Source of the DNA: Cytophagia bacterium
GTDB lineage: Bacteria; Bacteroidota; Bacteroidia; Cytophagales; Cyclobacteriaceae
NCBI GenBank assembly: GCA_013373005.1
Contig: JABXIP010000175.1
Coordinates: forward strand, 1-36,194
DNA: 36,194 nucleotides
Reading direction: 5' to 3'
In this document: positions 25,811 through 36,194 of the stretch, piece by piece
How positions within the stretch are numbered: position 1 is the first letter of the stretch
Layout of the letters: the number at the start of each line of letters is the position of its first letter
Program-made: the position numbers and the translations under genes
The notes under the pieces: generated by a model
The model's input: the letters and a program-made list of their open reading frames with translations, nothing else
Told to the model about the DNA's origin: nothing
Databases searched by the model: none

Positions 25811-27667
25811 TTGAGGTTCTTATTTATCATATCATTCCTATTCATTGCTTTGGCTGTTCAGTGCCAGGAGCAACTACATACAAAAAGAGCCAAGCTAATT
25901 GACGCTTATGGTGAGGCCAAGGAACTCGTAAGGATTGGTAATCTGTATCAGTCCATTGAAATACTTACAGGCATACTCGATAAGGACGATAGTTTCGATG
26001 AGGCCGTTATGCTCATTCATGAGGTGTATATCAAAAGAGATGAGCCCAACAGGGCTAGTGCTATAATCTCACAATATGCATCTGAATTAGAGCCAGCTTT
26101 CTTGAATCGCTTGCTACTCATTCAGGCTAATTATAAATATCAGTTTGGAGAATATGAAGAGGCTCAAAAGCTACTAAGCAATGTGAATGGCGAGGTGTAT
26201 GATATCAGCGCAGATAGGGTTGAATTTCTTAAACAGTCCATTCAATTTTCGCTGGAGCAACTAAATGAACTTGCGGATATTGAATTTGAGAAGCTGCCCA
26301 ATCCCATTAATGAGTTCGATATGCAGTATTTCCCATCCATTACAGCCAAGAGCCGAATAGTCTTTACTGTGCGAGATCGATTGGCAAGGGGAAATGAAGA
26401 TTTATATACAGCATACATTTATAAAGAGGGGATTTGGTCTGAGCCGGTAAGTATTTCTGGCCAGATTAATACCGAAAGAAACGAAGGAACAGCCTCTATT
26501 TCTGCCGATGGGAAAACCTTAGTTTTTACAATCTGTAATAAGCCGGGTAATATTGGAAGCTGCGACTTATATATTTCTTACTTCAAAAATAATGACTGGA
26601 CAAATCCTGAGTTGCTTGGGCCGGAAGTGAATAGTGAGGCCTGGGATTCACAGCCATCGCTAAGTGCCAGAGGAGAGACTTTATATTTCGTCAGTGAACG
26701 CGAGGGAGGTTTTGGAAAACAAGACATTTGGATGAGCCGAAAAATGGGAGAGGGCTGGTCTCCGGCTGTTAATCTGGGAGAAAGCATTAATACTCCGGAA
26801 GACGACTGTTCTCCTTTTATCTATTTAGATGGAAAAACACTTATCTATTCAACTAGAGGTAGGGTTGGGCTTGGGGGCTACGATTTATTTAAGTCAGTTC
26901 AAGATGCCAATGATTGGTCGGCTCCTGAAAACCTCGGCTACCCCATAAATAATGCATTCGATCAAGTAGGCTACTGCATTTCTGCGGATCGTTGGGCCTA
27001 TTTCAGCTCTAGTGAGGCGGGAGGAAGAATTTTTCTGCAGCGCTTTAGGGTGCCAGACTCTTTGGTGCCGGAGGTAGACCTGGGAGATTTAATTGATGCT
27101 TACGGAAAGGTTGTTGATGCCTCGACCGGAGAGTTATTGGCTGCCAAGGTATACCTGATTCATGAAGGAGATACTGTGGAACGAGATGTCGAAGATGATG
27201 GTCAGGTGCTTTTGGGCGATGATGAATTCAGCTTCGCGATAGCCAAACGAAAAGGCTACAGAAGTTCTCAATTGAGTCGTACAGACTTTCTTAAAGATTC
27301 TACCCTAAGATTGACTCCTTTCAAAGCAGGCGAAGATCTTTTGGAGAAGCCAATTCCATTTCAGTTTGATAGCGATGTTCTTTTGGAAGAAGCATTTCCT
27401 GAGCTCAATAGAGTTGCACAACTTTTATTAGATCACCCCGAATTAGAAGTTGAAATCCGAGGATACACAGATGCTTCAGGCAAGGAGTCTTATAACCTGG
27501 GACTTTCTGAAAGACGGGCAAAAGCTGTCTACCAATACATTGTCGAGAAATTGCATAATTCCGATAACCTGTCTTTTAAAGGGTATGGAGAATCTCATCC
27601 AATTGATACCCGAATTGGGGGATTGAACCGAAGGGTTGAAATAATTACACGAACGGTCGTTAGGTAA
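25811..27667 (+). CDS. OmpA-family protein with TPR-like N-terminus and PD40 repeats (PorE-like architecture); TTG start
   Basis: Signal peptide, PD40 repeats (W..P.NLG..IN, ISADG), C-terminal GYTDASG..YN.GLSERRA..V and NRRVEI. Confidence 0.88.
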   Translation: MRFLFIISFLFIALAVQCQEQLHTKRAKLIDAYGEAKELVRIGNLYQSIEILTGILDKDDSFDEAVMLIHEVYIKRDEPNRASAIISQYASELEPAFLNRLLLIQANYKYQFGEYEEAQKLLSNVNGEVYDISADRVEFLKQSIQFSLEQLNELADIEFEKLPNPINEFDMQYFPSITAKSRIVFTVRDRLARGNEDLYTAYIYKEGIWSEPVSISGQINTERNEGTASISADGKTLVFTICNKPGNIGSCDLYISYFKNNDWTNPELLGPEVNSEAWDSQPSLSARGETLYFVSEREGGFGKQDIWMSRKMGEGWSPAVNLGESINTPEDDCSPFIYLDGKTLIYSTRGRVGLGGYDLFKSVQDANDWSAPENLGYPINNAFDQVGYCISADRWAYFSSSEAGGRIFLQRFRVPDSLVPEVDLGDLIDAYGKVVDASTGELLAAKVYLIHEGDTVERDVEDDGQVLLGDDEFSFAIAKRKGYRSSQLSRTDFLKDSTLRLTPFKAGEDLLEKPIPFQFDSDVLLEEAFPELNRVAQLLLDHPELEVEIRGYTDASGKESYNLGLSERRAKAVYQYIVEKLHNSDNLSFKGYGESHPIDTRIGGLNRRVEIITRTVVR

Positions 27668-27918
27668 AACTCCCTGATAATCAGTCAATAATGCCTTGAA
27701 TAGGTGTTTTTCAACGTTTTTCATGCCAATTATCAAATCAAAAAAGTCGTCTCGGCAGAGAAAAAAAGCTAGATTCGCCAAACAATCGCATTCAACTTCT
27801 GTTTGGATGCCAAGAACAAAGGAGTAGGGACATGAGGGGTATGAATTGTTCATATCAAAGACGGATTAATTATTTAATCAACATTACTAAAACAATTATT
27901 TAACTAAACTAACAAGGA

Positions 27919-30900
27919 ATGAAGAGAATTTCATTGACTTTATTGTCACTGATGCTGTTCTTAATGTCGGGTGTGGCTTATGGTCAAACCAGAACAATTA
28001 CAGGTACAGTAACAGGGGCAGATGATGGTCTTGCTCTACCGCAAGTAACCATTCTACTGAAAGGTACCGTTCAAGGTACATCTACCGATTTTGACGGTAA
28101 CTTCCGAATTGACGTTCCTAGCAACGAGTCAGTTTTGGTTTTCCGCTTCTTGGGTTATATCACCAAAGAAGTTACTGTAGGCAATCAAACTTCAATTAAC
28201 GTACAGCTGGATCCAGATGCATTGTCATTAGGTGAAGTTGTTGTTACTGGTTATGGTGAGTCTACCAAAAAGTCTTTTACAGGTACTGCCAAGACAGTAG
28301 CAAAGGAAGACATTGAGAACAAAAACTTCTCCAACGTTTCGCAGGCATTGGCAGGTGAGGTAGCCGGTGTAACTGTAATCAATACATCTGGACAACCAGG
28401 TACGGCTTCAACTATCCGTATTAGAGGTTTCGGTTCGGTAAATGGTAATAGAGCTCCACTTTATGTGGTAGATGGTGTTCCTTTTTCAGGAAGTATCAAC
28501 TCTATCAACCCTTCTGACATCGCGTCTACTACTGTATTGAAAGATGCGACTGCAACTGCAATTTATGGTGCTAGAGGTGCTAATGGTGTTATTTTGATCA
28601 CTACAAAAAGTGGTTCTGCATCTACAAGCTCTATCGAGGTTGATATTAAATCTGGTGTAAACTTGAGTTTATTACCAAGACAGCAAATGATGAAAAACCC
28701 AGAAGAGTACATTGCTCTTACTTGGGAAAGTTTGTACAACAGAGCATCTGCCAATGGTGTTGCAGATCCTGTAGCTTGGGCTAACGCTAACTTATTCTCA
28801 GGTAGCGGTATCGACCCTCACTACAACATGTGGAATGTTGCTGATGGTGGAGAATTGATTGATCCGACTACCAGAATGGTAAGACCTGGAGTGACCAGAA
28901 GATATGACCCTGAAAATTGGGAAGACTATGGTTTCCAGAATTCTTCTAGAAATGAAGCTAACATCAGATTGAGCGGGGGAGGTAAAGACAGTAAATACTT
29001 TGCGTCATTCGGTTACTTGAATGACGTAGGATACATCATTCGTTCTGACTATGAGAGATATACTGCCAGAATTAACATGACTAACAATATTAAAGATTGG
29101 TTGTCTACCTCTTTCAATGTTGGTTATGCAAGATCAGAGACTAACACAAATGGTCAATCTAGCAACTCAGGAAGTATTTTCTGGTTTGTTGATAACCTTC
29201 CTCCCATTTACCCTCTATTCCTTAGAGGTAATGATGGAAGCATCGTACAAGATCCAATTTTTGGTGGTAACCAGTATGACTATGGTGAAAATGGTAGAGG
29301 CTTTGGAGCTTTAACTAACTCTATTGCTGATGCAACATTTGACAGAAACTTTCAGAACAGAAATGAGCTTAATGCTAATTTCACTGTTGACGCTCAGATT
29401 ACTCCAAACTTGTCTTTCCAGTCTAAGTTTGGTAGCCAGTACTACTTCAACAGATCTACTGGTCTAAGAAACCCATTCTATGGTTCTGGTGCTTCTCAAG
29501 GAGGTTCTTTGTTCAGAACGGATTCTGAACTATTTGTAACTAACTTCTTGAACTTGTTCAGATATGAGAAGTCTTTCGGAGATCACTCTATCGAAGTATT
29601 GGCTGCTCATGAGTCTAACACATTCGATCAGTCTGTTTCAAGTCAATCAAAGCAAAAGGCAGTATTGCCTTACCTTGATGAGTTCAACAACTATATTATT
29701 GTTTCTTCACCTCCAACGTCTTACACTAACAACAGTAGATTGGAGAGTTATTTTGGCCAAGCCAACTATGACTACAAGGAAAAGTATTTCTTCAGTGCTT
29801 CTTTGAGAAGAGACGGATCTTCAAGGTTTATTCCTGCTAACAGATGGGATACCTTCGGTTCAGTAGGTGCTTCTTGGATCATGTCTGAGGAAGATTTCTT
29901 TACTTCAGCTGTTCCTTTCTTCGACTTCTTCAAGTTGAAAGCTAGTTACGGTGTAATGGGAGATCAGGCAGGTGTAGGTCTTTACGAGGCGTTCAATACG
30001 TTCAACGTAAGTAACCTTAACGATGAGATTTCTATCTCTGAAAGACAAATTGGTTATCCAAACCTTACTTGGGAAACAGCTAACCTTTATCAGGTGGGTG
30101 CAGAATTCTCAATTGGTAGAATCTTAGACGGTTCAATTGACTACTACATTAAGAACACAACCAATCTAATCTTTGATAGAAGAGTTGGTCCTTCTGTAGG
30201 TTTCGCAATTGAAAAAGTAAATGACGGTGCTTTGAAGAACTCAGGTCTTGAGTTTGATTTGACTGCTCACTTAATGAACAAGAATGACTTCAAACTAGAC
30301 TTCACAGTTAATGGTCAGTTCTTGAATAACACGTTGACCAAAATGCCTATCGACCCTGCAACTGATGCGCCTAAGGTGCTTGATATTGCTGGCGGTTTCG
30401 GTAGAACGGAAGGAAGATCTCTTTTCGATTACTACATGAGAGAGTGGGCTGGTGTTGACCCTGCAGATGGTAGAGCTATGTGGAACTTGTACTATGATGA
30501 TGCCGATAACAACGGTGCATACGATGCAGGTGAGGAAATTGCTTCAATGTACGAGTACTTGAATGACAACCCTGAAGCTAACGTTCTTCAGACTACTACT
30601 AAAACTTATGCTGATGCAACTCAGAAATTCATCGACAAGTCACCAATTCCTAAAGTGAGTGGTGCATTCAGACTTTCTGCTCAGTATAAAGGATTCGACT
30701 TCAGTGCTCAATTCATCTACAGCCTTGGTGGTTGGTCTTATGATGGACAGTATGGTGGAGCAATGGGTAACCACTTGGCTGGTAACTCAAACTGGCACGT
30801 AGATATCAGAGACAGATGGCAACAGCCTGGCGACATCACTGATGTTCCAAGATTGTCTGATGGATTGGATACAAACACTAACAGCCAGTCTACAAGATTT

Positions 30901-31137
30901 ATGATCTCTACTAACTTCTTGTCTTTGAACAACATCAGACTAGGTTACAATGTACCTAAAAGATGGTTGACAGGTAGCGGATTGACTAACGTGAATTTGT
31001 TTGCTTCTGCTGATAACATGATGTTCCTAAGTGCTAGAAAAGGTTATAATGCCTCTACTAATGAAACGGGTGGATCAAGTGTTTATAGATATAGCCCTCT
31101 GTCTACTGTAACAATGGGATTGAGAGTTAAATTCTAA
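27919..31137 (+). CDS. SusC/RagA-family TonB-dependent outer membrane transporter
   Basis: Carboxypeptidase-like N-terminal domain, plug (PLYVVDG, LKDATATAIYGARGANGVILITTK), RRDGSSRF, LTWET, C-terminal Phe. Confidence 0.96.
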   Translation: MKRISLTLLSLMLFLMSGVAYGQTRTITGTVTGADDGLALPQVTILLKGTVQGTSTDFDGNFRIDVPSNESVLVFRFLGYITKEVTVGNQTSINVQLDPDALSLGEVVVTGYGESTKKSFTGTAKTVAKEDIENKNFSNVSQALAGEVAGVTVINTSGQPGTASTIRIRGFGSVNGNRAPLYVVDGVPFSGSINSINPSDIASTTVLKDATATAIYGARGANGVILITTKSGSASTSSIEVDIKSGVNLSLLPRQQMMKNPEEYIALTWESLYNRASANGVADPVAWANANLFSGSGIDPHYNMWNVADGGELIDPTTRMVRPGVTRRYDPENWEDYGFQNSSRNEANIRLSGGGKDSKYFASFGYLNDVGYIIRSDYERYTARINMTNNIKDWLSTSFNVGYARSETNTNGQSSNSGSIFWFVDNLPPIYPLFLRGNDGSIVQDPIFGGNQYDYGENGRGFGALTNSIADATFDRNFQNRNELNANFTVDAQITPNLSFQSKFGSQYYFNRSTGLRNPFYGSGASQGGSLFRTDSELFVTNFLNLFRYEKSFGDHSIEVLAAHESNTFDQSVSSQSKQKAVLPYLDEFNNYIIVSSPPTSYTNNSRLESYFGQANYDYKEKYFFSASLRRDGSSRFIPANRWDTFGSVGASWIMSEEDFFTSAVPFFDFFKLKASYGVMGDQAGVGLYEAFNTFNVSNLNDEISISERQIGYPNLTWETANLYQVGAEFSIGRILDGSIDYYIKNTTNLIFDRRVGPSVGFAIEKVNDGALKNSGLEFDLTAHLMNKNDFKLDFTVNGQFLNNTLTKMPIDPATDAPKVLDIAGGFGRTEGRSLFDYYMREWAGVDPADGRAMWNLYYDDADNNGAYDAGEEIASMYEYLNDNPEANVLQTTTKTYADATQKFIDKSPIPKVSGAFRLSAQYKGFDFSAQFIYSLGGWSYDGQYGGAMGNHLAGNSNWHVDIRDRWQQPGDITDVPRLSDGLDTNTNSQSTRFMISTNFLSLNNIRLGYNVPKRWLTGSGLTNVNLFASADNMMFLSARKGYNASTNETGGSSVYRYSPLSTVTMGLRVKF

Positions 31138-31156
31138 ACCGAAGAACAGAAAAATT

Positions 31157-32632
31157 ATGAAAAATAAAATATTTGCTTTAATCGTAAGTTTCGCAGTCCT
31201 TGGTTTTTGGGGTTGTGGCGAAAGCTTCTTAGATGTAGAGCCATCACAGTTCTTAAGTGCAGAGCAAGTAGCAGAAGCTGCAGCTCTTAACCCAGATGTA
31301 ATTGCGGGTAGTATGAGTGGTATTTATACCCTTACCTTCAATACTGGTACTGGTGGAACAGGTGGACACGATGATTTCGGTCAGAAAGGTTATGATATCT
31401 TCTCTGATATGTTGTCTGGCGACTTGGCCCTTTCGGCAAGTGCTTATGGTTGGTACAGAACTATTACTGAATTCCAAACTACTCAGGATTTTACCTTCCA
31501 GGATAACTATCAGGTTTGGAGATACTACTACAGACTGATTCGTTCTGCTAACTTGGTAATCGATGCATTGGGTGGTAATGATGCTACTCCTGCTTTGGAT
31601 GAAAACAAGTATATCATGGGACAGGCTAAGGCAATGAGAGCTAACTCTTATTTCTATTTAGCTCAGTTCTTCCAGCCGGCTTACAATCCTTCAGAAGAGA
31701 TTCTTCCATTGTACACTACGCCAAACGATCCTAACGGACCAAAGGTGACTGCACAAGAAGTATACGACCTGATGGTGGATGACCTTACTGATGCAATCTC
31801 ATTATTAAATGGATTTACAAGAACTGCTAAAAGCCAGGTAGATATGTCTGTGGCTCAAGGTATGTTGGCTTATGTGTATGGTGCTATGGGCAACTATGCT
31901 GAGGTTAAAACTTTGACTGCTGCAGTTATCAATTCAGGTGCTTACCCGATTGTAGATGCTACTGAAGCAACTGGTGGATTCAATGATGTGAATACTCCGG
32001 GTTGGATGTGGGGTGTAGACCTTACTTCAGATATTGGTTTGAACCTAGTTTCTTGGTGGGGACAAATGGATGCCTTCACTTACAGCTACCAGTGGGCAGG
32101 AGATAGAAAAGCCATCGATCAAGGTTTGTTCGATCAAATTCCAGCTAACGATGTAAGAAAAGGTCAGTTCTTGGATAACCCTGCAAGCGGATACCATCTT
32201 GTTGCAATTAACAAATTCTACGATCCTGCAAGAGTTACAGGAGGTCAGAGATACATTACTACTGACTACTTATATATGAGAGTAGCTGAAATGTATTTGT
32301 TGAATGCTGAGGCATCTGCTAAAACAGGTGACGAGGCTACCGCAAGAACTTCTTTGAAAGCGCTTTTGGCTGAAAGGTTCTCAACTCCAGCAGAGTATGC
32401 TTATGTTGACTTACTTACAGGTCAGGCTTTGGAAGACGAGATTTACTTGCAAACCAGAATTGAGCTTTATGCAGAAGGTAAGTCTTACCTAGCAATGAAG
32501 AGAAATCAGGCTACTATTGTTAGAGGTTCTAACCACCTTTCTAACGTTGGTGTGCCAATTAGCTATGATGATGACAGGTTGACATTTGAAGTTCCTCAGT
32601 CGGAAATTCAAAATAACCCGTTTATTAACTAA
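31157..32632 (+). CDS. SusD/RagB-family nutrient-binding lipoprotein
   Basis: Lipobox FWGC, W..YY..I..AN, MRVAEMYLLNAEA, RIELYAEG, PQSEIQNNP. Confidence 0.95.
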   Translation: MKNKIFALIVSFAVLGFWGCGESFLDVEPSQFLSAEQVAEAAALNPDVIAGSMSGIYTLTFNTGTGGTGGHDDFGQKGYDIFSDMLSGDLALSASAYGWYRTITEFQTTQDFTFQDNYQVWRYYYRLIRSANLVIDALGGNDATPALDENKYIMGQAKAMRANSYFYLAQFFQPAYNPSEEILPLYTTPNDPNGPKVTAQEVYDLMVDDLTDAISLLNGFTRTAKSQVDMSVAQGMLAYVYGAMGNYAEVKTLTAAVINSGAYPIVDATEATGGFNDVNTPGWMWGVDLTSDIGLNLVSWWGQMDAFTYSYQWAGDRKAIDQGLFDQIPANDVRKGQFLDNPASGYHLVAINKFYDPARVTGGQRYITTDYLYMRVAEMYLLNAEASAKTGDEATARTSLKALLAERFSTPAEYAYVDLLTGQALEDEIYLQTRIELYAEGKSYLAMKRNQATIVRGSNHLSNVGVPISYDDDRLTFEVPQSEIQNNPFIN

Positions 32633-32653
32633 GAGTTATACAAGTTGAATATT

Positions 32654-32681
32654 AAAAAGGGAGCTTTTGCTCCCTTTTTTT
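32654..32681 (+). terminator. Intrinsic terminator (likely bidirectional) after the SusD gene
   Basis: AAAAAGGGAGC-TTTT-GCTCCCTTTTTTT. Confidence 0.9.
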
Positions 32682-33158
32682 GTGGACGATCGGTATTTTT
32701 TTTATTTCAAAGGCATAATTTTTTGAATGTCCACTGCCAAATTTTATTTTGTTTATTCTTGCGAATTGATCTGCGATATTTTTTAGAAAAGATCAAAGCA
32801 TAATTCTGATTCTTTGCAGCCGATTTGTTCAGTGAAAATGGAATCATGTATTTAATGTTAAATTATAACTCGAAAAATTAACATTAATTAATTCTTGAAG
32901 CTTGGATTCCATAATTGAGCTGATTCCATTTTAAGCGAAGGAGTGCCCAATTCTCTAAATTTCGTTTACCCCTACTTGGCAGAAGAAAATTTTTAAAAAA
33001 TGTTAAAAAGCCTCTTTCCACAGAGATAGGCCATGTTTTTCGGAAATCGAATGCAATTATTTTGTTTTAGTAGAATTATTATTTGACCAACTTTTATTTT
33101 ATGTTTGGTGTGCTAAACAAACTTTTTAATCAACTATTAAACTAAAAACGAAAGCAAA

Positions 33159-36100
33159 ATGAAGAGAGTTTTACTGACTTTCGTCTCGTTTGCTATGTTG
33201 ACAATGTCAACTCTAGTGCAAGCGCAAGACAAGACAGTCTCTGGTAAGGTTACTGGTTCGGATGACGGACTTCCTTTGCCTCAAGTGACTGTATTGATTA
33301 AGGGTACTACACGTGGTACGCCTACTGATATGGATGGAAATTACTCAATTGATGTTCCATCTGGTGCTACGCTCGTATTCAGATATCTTGGATACGTAAC
33401 TCAGGAAGTTGCTGTAGGTAACCAAACGGTTATTAACATTCAACTTGCTCCTGATGCAACCTCACTCGGTGAAGTAATTGTTTCTGGTGTGGCGTCTGGT
33501 ACTCCAGCCAAGAAATTGACTATTACTGTTGCCAAGGTCAACAAAGAAAGACTACAAATGGCTCCTGCAACTTCGGCTTCAGGTGCGCTTGTAGGTAAAG
33601 TTGCTGGTTTAAGAGTAGGTTCTACTGGTGGTTCTCCAGGATCTGACAACGCAATTCAACTTAGAGGTGACAATAACCTGAATGTAGGTTCTGGCCCGAT
33701 GGTTGTAGTTGATGGTGTTATCATTCAAGGTGGACTTTCTGATATCAACGTTGATGATATTGAGTCTTACGAGGTTATCAAAGGTGCTTCTGCAGCTTCA
33801 TTGTATGGTTCTCGTGCAGGTAACGGTGTAATCGTAATTACTACTCAAAGAGGTAATGATGGTGATATTGGGGTAACTAATGTTACTTTGAGACAAGAGT
33901 ATGGCTGGCAAAACATTGCTCAGACTATCGATCTTGCTGAACACCACCCATTTACTTTGGCTTCTGATTATCAGCAGTTCGATAAGTTCACTAAATATGA
34001 TGGTGTAACATATCCTGCAGGATACATTGGTGGTTATGATCCTAACATTGTTGGTACCAGATCTTTAGATGCTGACCACTATATGGATAACCCATTTGGT
34101 GTTACAAGAGATCTTCAAGACGAATTCTTTAAGACTGGTAACAACATGACATCTTATGTGGGTGTTTCAACAAGAAGTGCTAAAACAAACGCATTCTTGT
34201 CATTCGAGAACAACCAACAAGGTGGTATCATTCAATATACTGACGGTTTTAAAAGACAAAACCTAAGATTGAACATTGACCACCAGGTAACTGATTGGTT
34301 AAAAGTTTCAGCGACTAATTTGATCGTAAATACTACTACTCAGAACCCTGGTTCTGGTGGAGGTATTTTCTTCAACTTGGTATTGGCAGAGCCTGATAAT
34401 GACCTATTCATGGAAAACCCTGATGGTCAGCCTCACTACATCCGTCATAACCACTGGAGTAATGAGACTAACCCATTGTATGGTCCATATAAGCAAAAAT
34501 CTGAAAATCACTCTAGAAGATTCTTGGGTAACTATAGAGCAAACGTTCAGCTTACTGAAGGTATAGAGTTTGTAGCTTCTTACTCAAACGAAACTGAAGA
34601 TACGAGAGGTCAGGGTTATTCACCATTCGATACTTGGATTCTAGGTACTTCAGGTCCTGGAGCTAACGAATTTGGTATTGCTTATTCTCAAGGTTCTATG
34701 AGCCAAAGCTGGTCAAGAAGAGTTGCTGAGCAAGCTCAGGCTACTTTCAACTTGAGCAAAAACTTTGGAGACCTTACCGCTAAAGGTAAAATCTCTTATC
34801 TATATGAAAGACAGCATAACCTTTCAACCAGTGTTTCTGGTTTTGACTTCTTGATTAGAGATCTTCCTACTTTCTCTGCTTTTGATTCTGATAACATCAG
34901 AGCTAGCAATTCAGAGGTTGAGATTAAGGCTTCTAACTACTTCTTCATTGGTTCATTGGATTACCAAGACAAGATTTTATTTGAAGGTTTGTATCGTATA
35001 GATGGTTCTTCATTGTTTGGAGAAGACAGCAGATGGGCTAACTACTACAGAGTATCTGGTGGTTATAGAATTACAGAAGATTTCGACATTCCTGGTTTCT
35101 CTGAATTGAAAATCAGATCTGCTTATGGTATCGCTGGTATCAGACCTAGCTTCGACTGGCAATATGAAACTTACAGTGTAAGTAATGGTGTTGCTAGCCC
35201 TCAGAACTTGGGTAACAGAAACCTTAAGCCTTCAAGAACTGAAGAGTTGGAAGTTGCTATTGAGTCTGAATTCCTAGATATCTTCAGCTTGCAGTTGATT
35301 TACGCTAAGTCTACTACTACAGATCAATTCTTGTATGTACGTCTATTGCCTATTGCTGGTGGTTTCAATGGTCAGCGTCAAAATGCTGGTGCTACTGAGT
35401 CTAACACAATTGAGGCTAACTTGGGTGCTAACTTGTTTAAAAACAAGGATTTCACTTGGGATGCTAACTTGACGTTCACTAGAACAAGACAGAAAATCAC
35501 TGAATTGCCAATCGCTCCTTATCAGTCAGGTACTGACGGACTATTTTATATCAGAGAAGGTGAAACTTATGGTGCAATCTATGGTTACACTTGGGTGACT
35601 TCTTTGGATCAAATGGCTCAGCAGCTTCCTGAGAATGCTACTATTTCTGACTACGAAGTAAATAGCGATGGATTTGTTGTTGAGGCTGGTAGCCAGGGAA
35701 CTACTTCTGAGGCTCCTATCAGACTACAAGATCCAGCTACTGGTCTAGATGCGTTTGTTAAAATAGGTGATGGTAATCCTGATTTCTACATGGGCTTTTC
35801 AAACACTTTCCGTTACAAAGGGTTTACAGCTTACTTATTGTTCGATATCAAGCAAGGTGGCGATGTTTACAACAGAAAATCTCAGTGGTTGACTCGTGAC
35901 TCTAGAAATGGTATCATGGATATGGCAGGTGTGCCTGACGGACAGAAGAAGGCATTCGACTACTACCAAGGATTGTATGATGTAAACTCAAACAACTCTT
36001 ACTGGGTAGAAGATGCAAGTTTTGTTAAGTTAAGAGAGCTATCTGTAGGTTATAATTTCTCAGCCAACGAAATGACTAGCTTACTGGGTTCAGATGTAAT

Positions 36101-36194
36101 CAAAGGTGCTAACCTTAGAGTAATTGGTAGAAACTTATTGACTTTCTCTGACTACTCTGGTTACGATCCAGAAGTGGGTAACTTTAGAAACCCA
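33159..36194 (+). CDS. Second SusC/RagA-family TonB-dependent transporter (3' end beyond the window; not in ORF track)
   Basis: MKRVLLTFVSFAML...AQDKTVSGKVTG, plug IKGASAASLYGSRAGNGVIVITTQ, RIDGSSLFG, near-terminal DYSGYDPEV. Candidate -7 element TATGTTTG at 33100-33107. Confidence 0.95.
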   Translation, partial: MKRVLLTFVSFAMLTMSTLVQAQDKTVSGKVTGSDDGLPLPQVTVLIKGTTRGTPTDMDGNYSIDVPSGATLVFRYLGYVTQEVAVGNQTVINIQLAPDATSLGEVIVSGVASGTPAKKLTITVAKVNKERLQMAPATSASGALVGKVAGLRVGSTGGSPGSDNAIQLRGDNNLNVGSGPMVVVDGVIIQGGLSDINVDDIESYEVIKGASAASLYGSRAGNGVIVITTQRGNDGDIGVTNVTLRQEYGWQNIAQTIDLAEHHPFTLASDYQQFDKFTKYDGVTYPAGYIGGYDPNIVGTRSLDADHYMDNPFGVTRDLQDEFFKTGNNMTSYVGVSTRSAKTNAFLSFENNQQGGIIQYTDGFKRQNLRLNIDHQVTDWLKVSATNLIVNTTTQNPGSGGGIFFNLVLAEPDNDLFMENPDGQPHYIRHNHWSNETNPLYGPYKQKSENHSRRFLGNYRANVQLTEGIEFVASYSNETEDTRGQGYSPFDTWILGTSGPGANEFGIAYSQGSMSQSWSRRVAEQAQATFNLSKNFGDLTAKGKISYLYERQHNLSTSVSGFDFLIRDLPTFSAFDSDNIRASNSEVEIKASNYFFIGSLDYQDKILFEGLYRIDGSSLFGEDSRWANYYRVSGGYRITEDFDIPGFSELKIRSAYGIAGIRPSFDWQYETYSVSNGVASPQNLGNRNLKPSRTEELEVAIESEFLDIFSLQLIYAKSTTTDQFLYVRLLPIAGGFNGQRQNAGATESNTIEANLGANLFKNKDFTWDANLTFTRTRQKITELPIAPYQSGTDGLFYIREGETYGAIYGYTWVTSLDQMAQQLPENATISDYEVNSDGFVVEAGSQGTTSEAPIRLQDPATGLDAFVKIGDGNPDFYMGFSNTFRYKGFTAYLLFDIKQGGDVYNRKSQWLTRDSRNGIMDMAGVPDGQKKAFDYYQGLYDVNSNNSYWVEDASFVKLRELSVGYNFSANEMTSLLGSDVIKGANLRVIGRNLLTFSDYSGYDPEVGNFRNP

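Noticed and set aside
27476-27853. 125-aa minus-strand ORF in the ompA-susC spacer
   Set aside because: Half overlaps the OmpA domain antisense and the rest covers the susC upstream region; composition is not protein-like.
27668-27918. Cobalamin or TPP riboswitch upstream of the first susC
   Set aside because: No B12 box or TPP core (CTGAGA ... ACCTG) could be recognised.
1082-34566. Many 60-127-aa ORFs in the track overlapping larger genes (e.g. 4321-5552 minus set, 5911-6213, 13911-14373, 16910-17164, 19059-19442, 29117-29806, 33440-33649, 34357-34566)
   Set aside because: Antisense or off-frame shadows of well-supported genes, with no recognisable motifs.

Overview
Chromosomal window from a Bacteroidota genome, probably a marine Cytophagales. 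This placement is inferred from TAnnTTTG promoters, absence of Shine-Dalgarno motifs, SusC/SusD genes and a tmRNA tag GERQYALAA. Gene order: 5' end of dnaX, tmRNA (ssrA), a PadR plus MacB/FtsX-type orphan permease unit, a hipBA-type toxin-antitoxin pair, a PIF1-like helicase, small proteins, an esterase, two tandem LpxL/HtrB-like acyltransferases, a second orphan permease, htpG, an FKBP PPIase, DUF4293-like, truA, an ABC exporter, GyrI-like and DUF4924-like genes, a beta-propeller lipoprotein, lepA-folD-queE, an OmpA/PD40 protein, a SusC/SusD pair and a second SusC running off the window. The most notable non-coding signal is a 31-nt preQ1-I-like riboswitch aptamer (25145-25175). It shows compensatory changes relative to the B. 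subtilis queC aptamer and ends 2 nt before the queE ATG with no SD, which suggests SD-independent translational control. Intergenic DNA also holds degenerate 6-, 7-, 8- and 9-mer periodic tracts, CGTC-type REP-like palindromes, four phased hipBA operators, sigma54-like promoters with candidate enhancer sites, and two small membrane-protein ORFs missing from the ORF track. No integrase, transposase, prophage or CRISPR was seen. All family calls come from reading motifs; no database searches were run.
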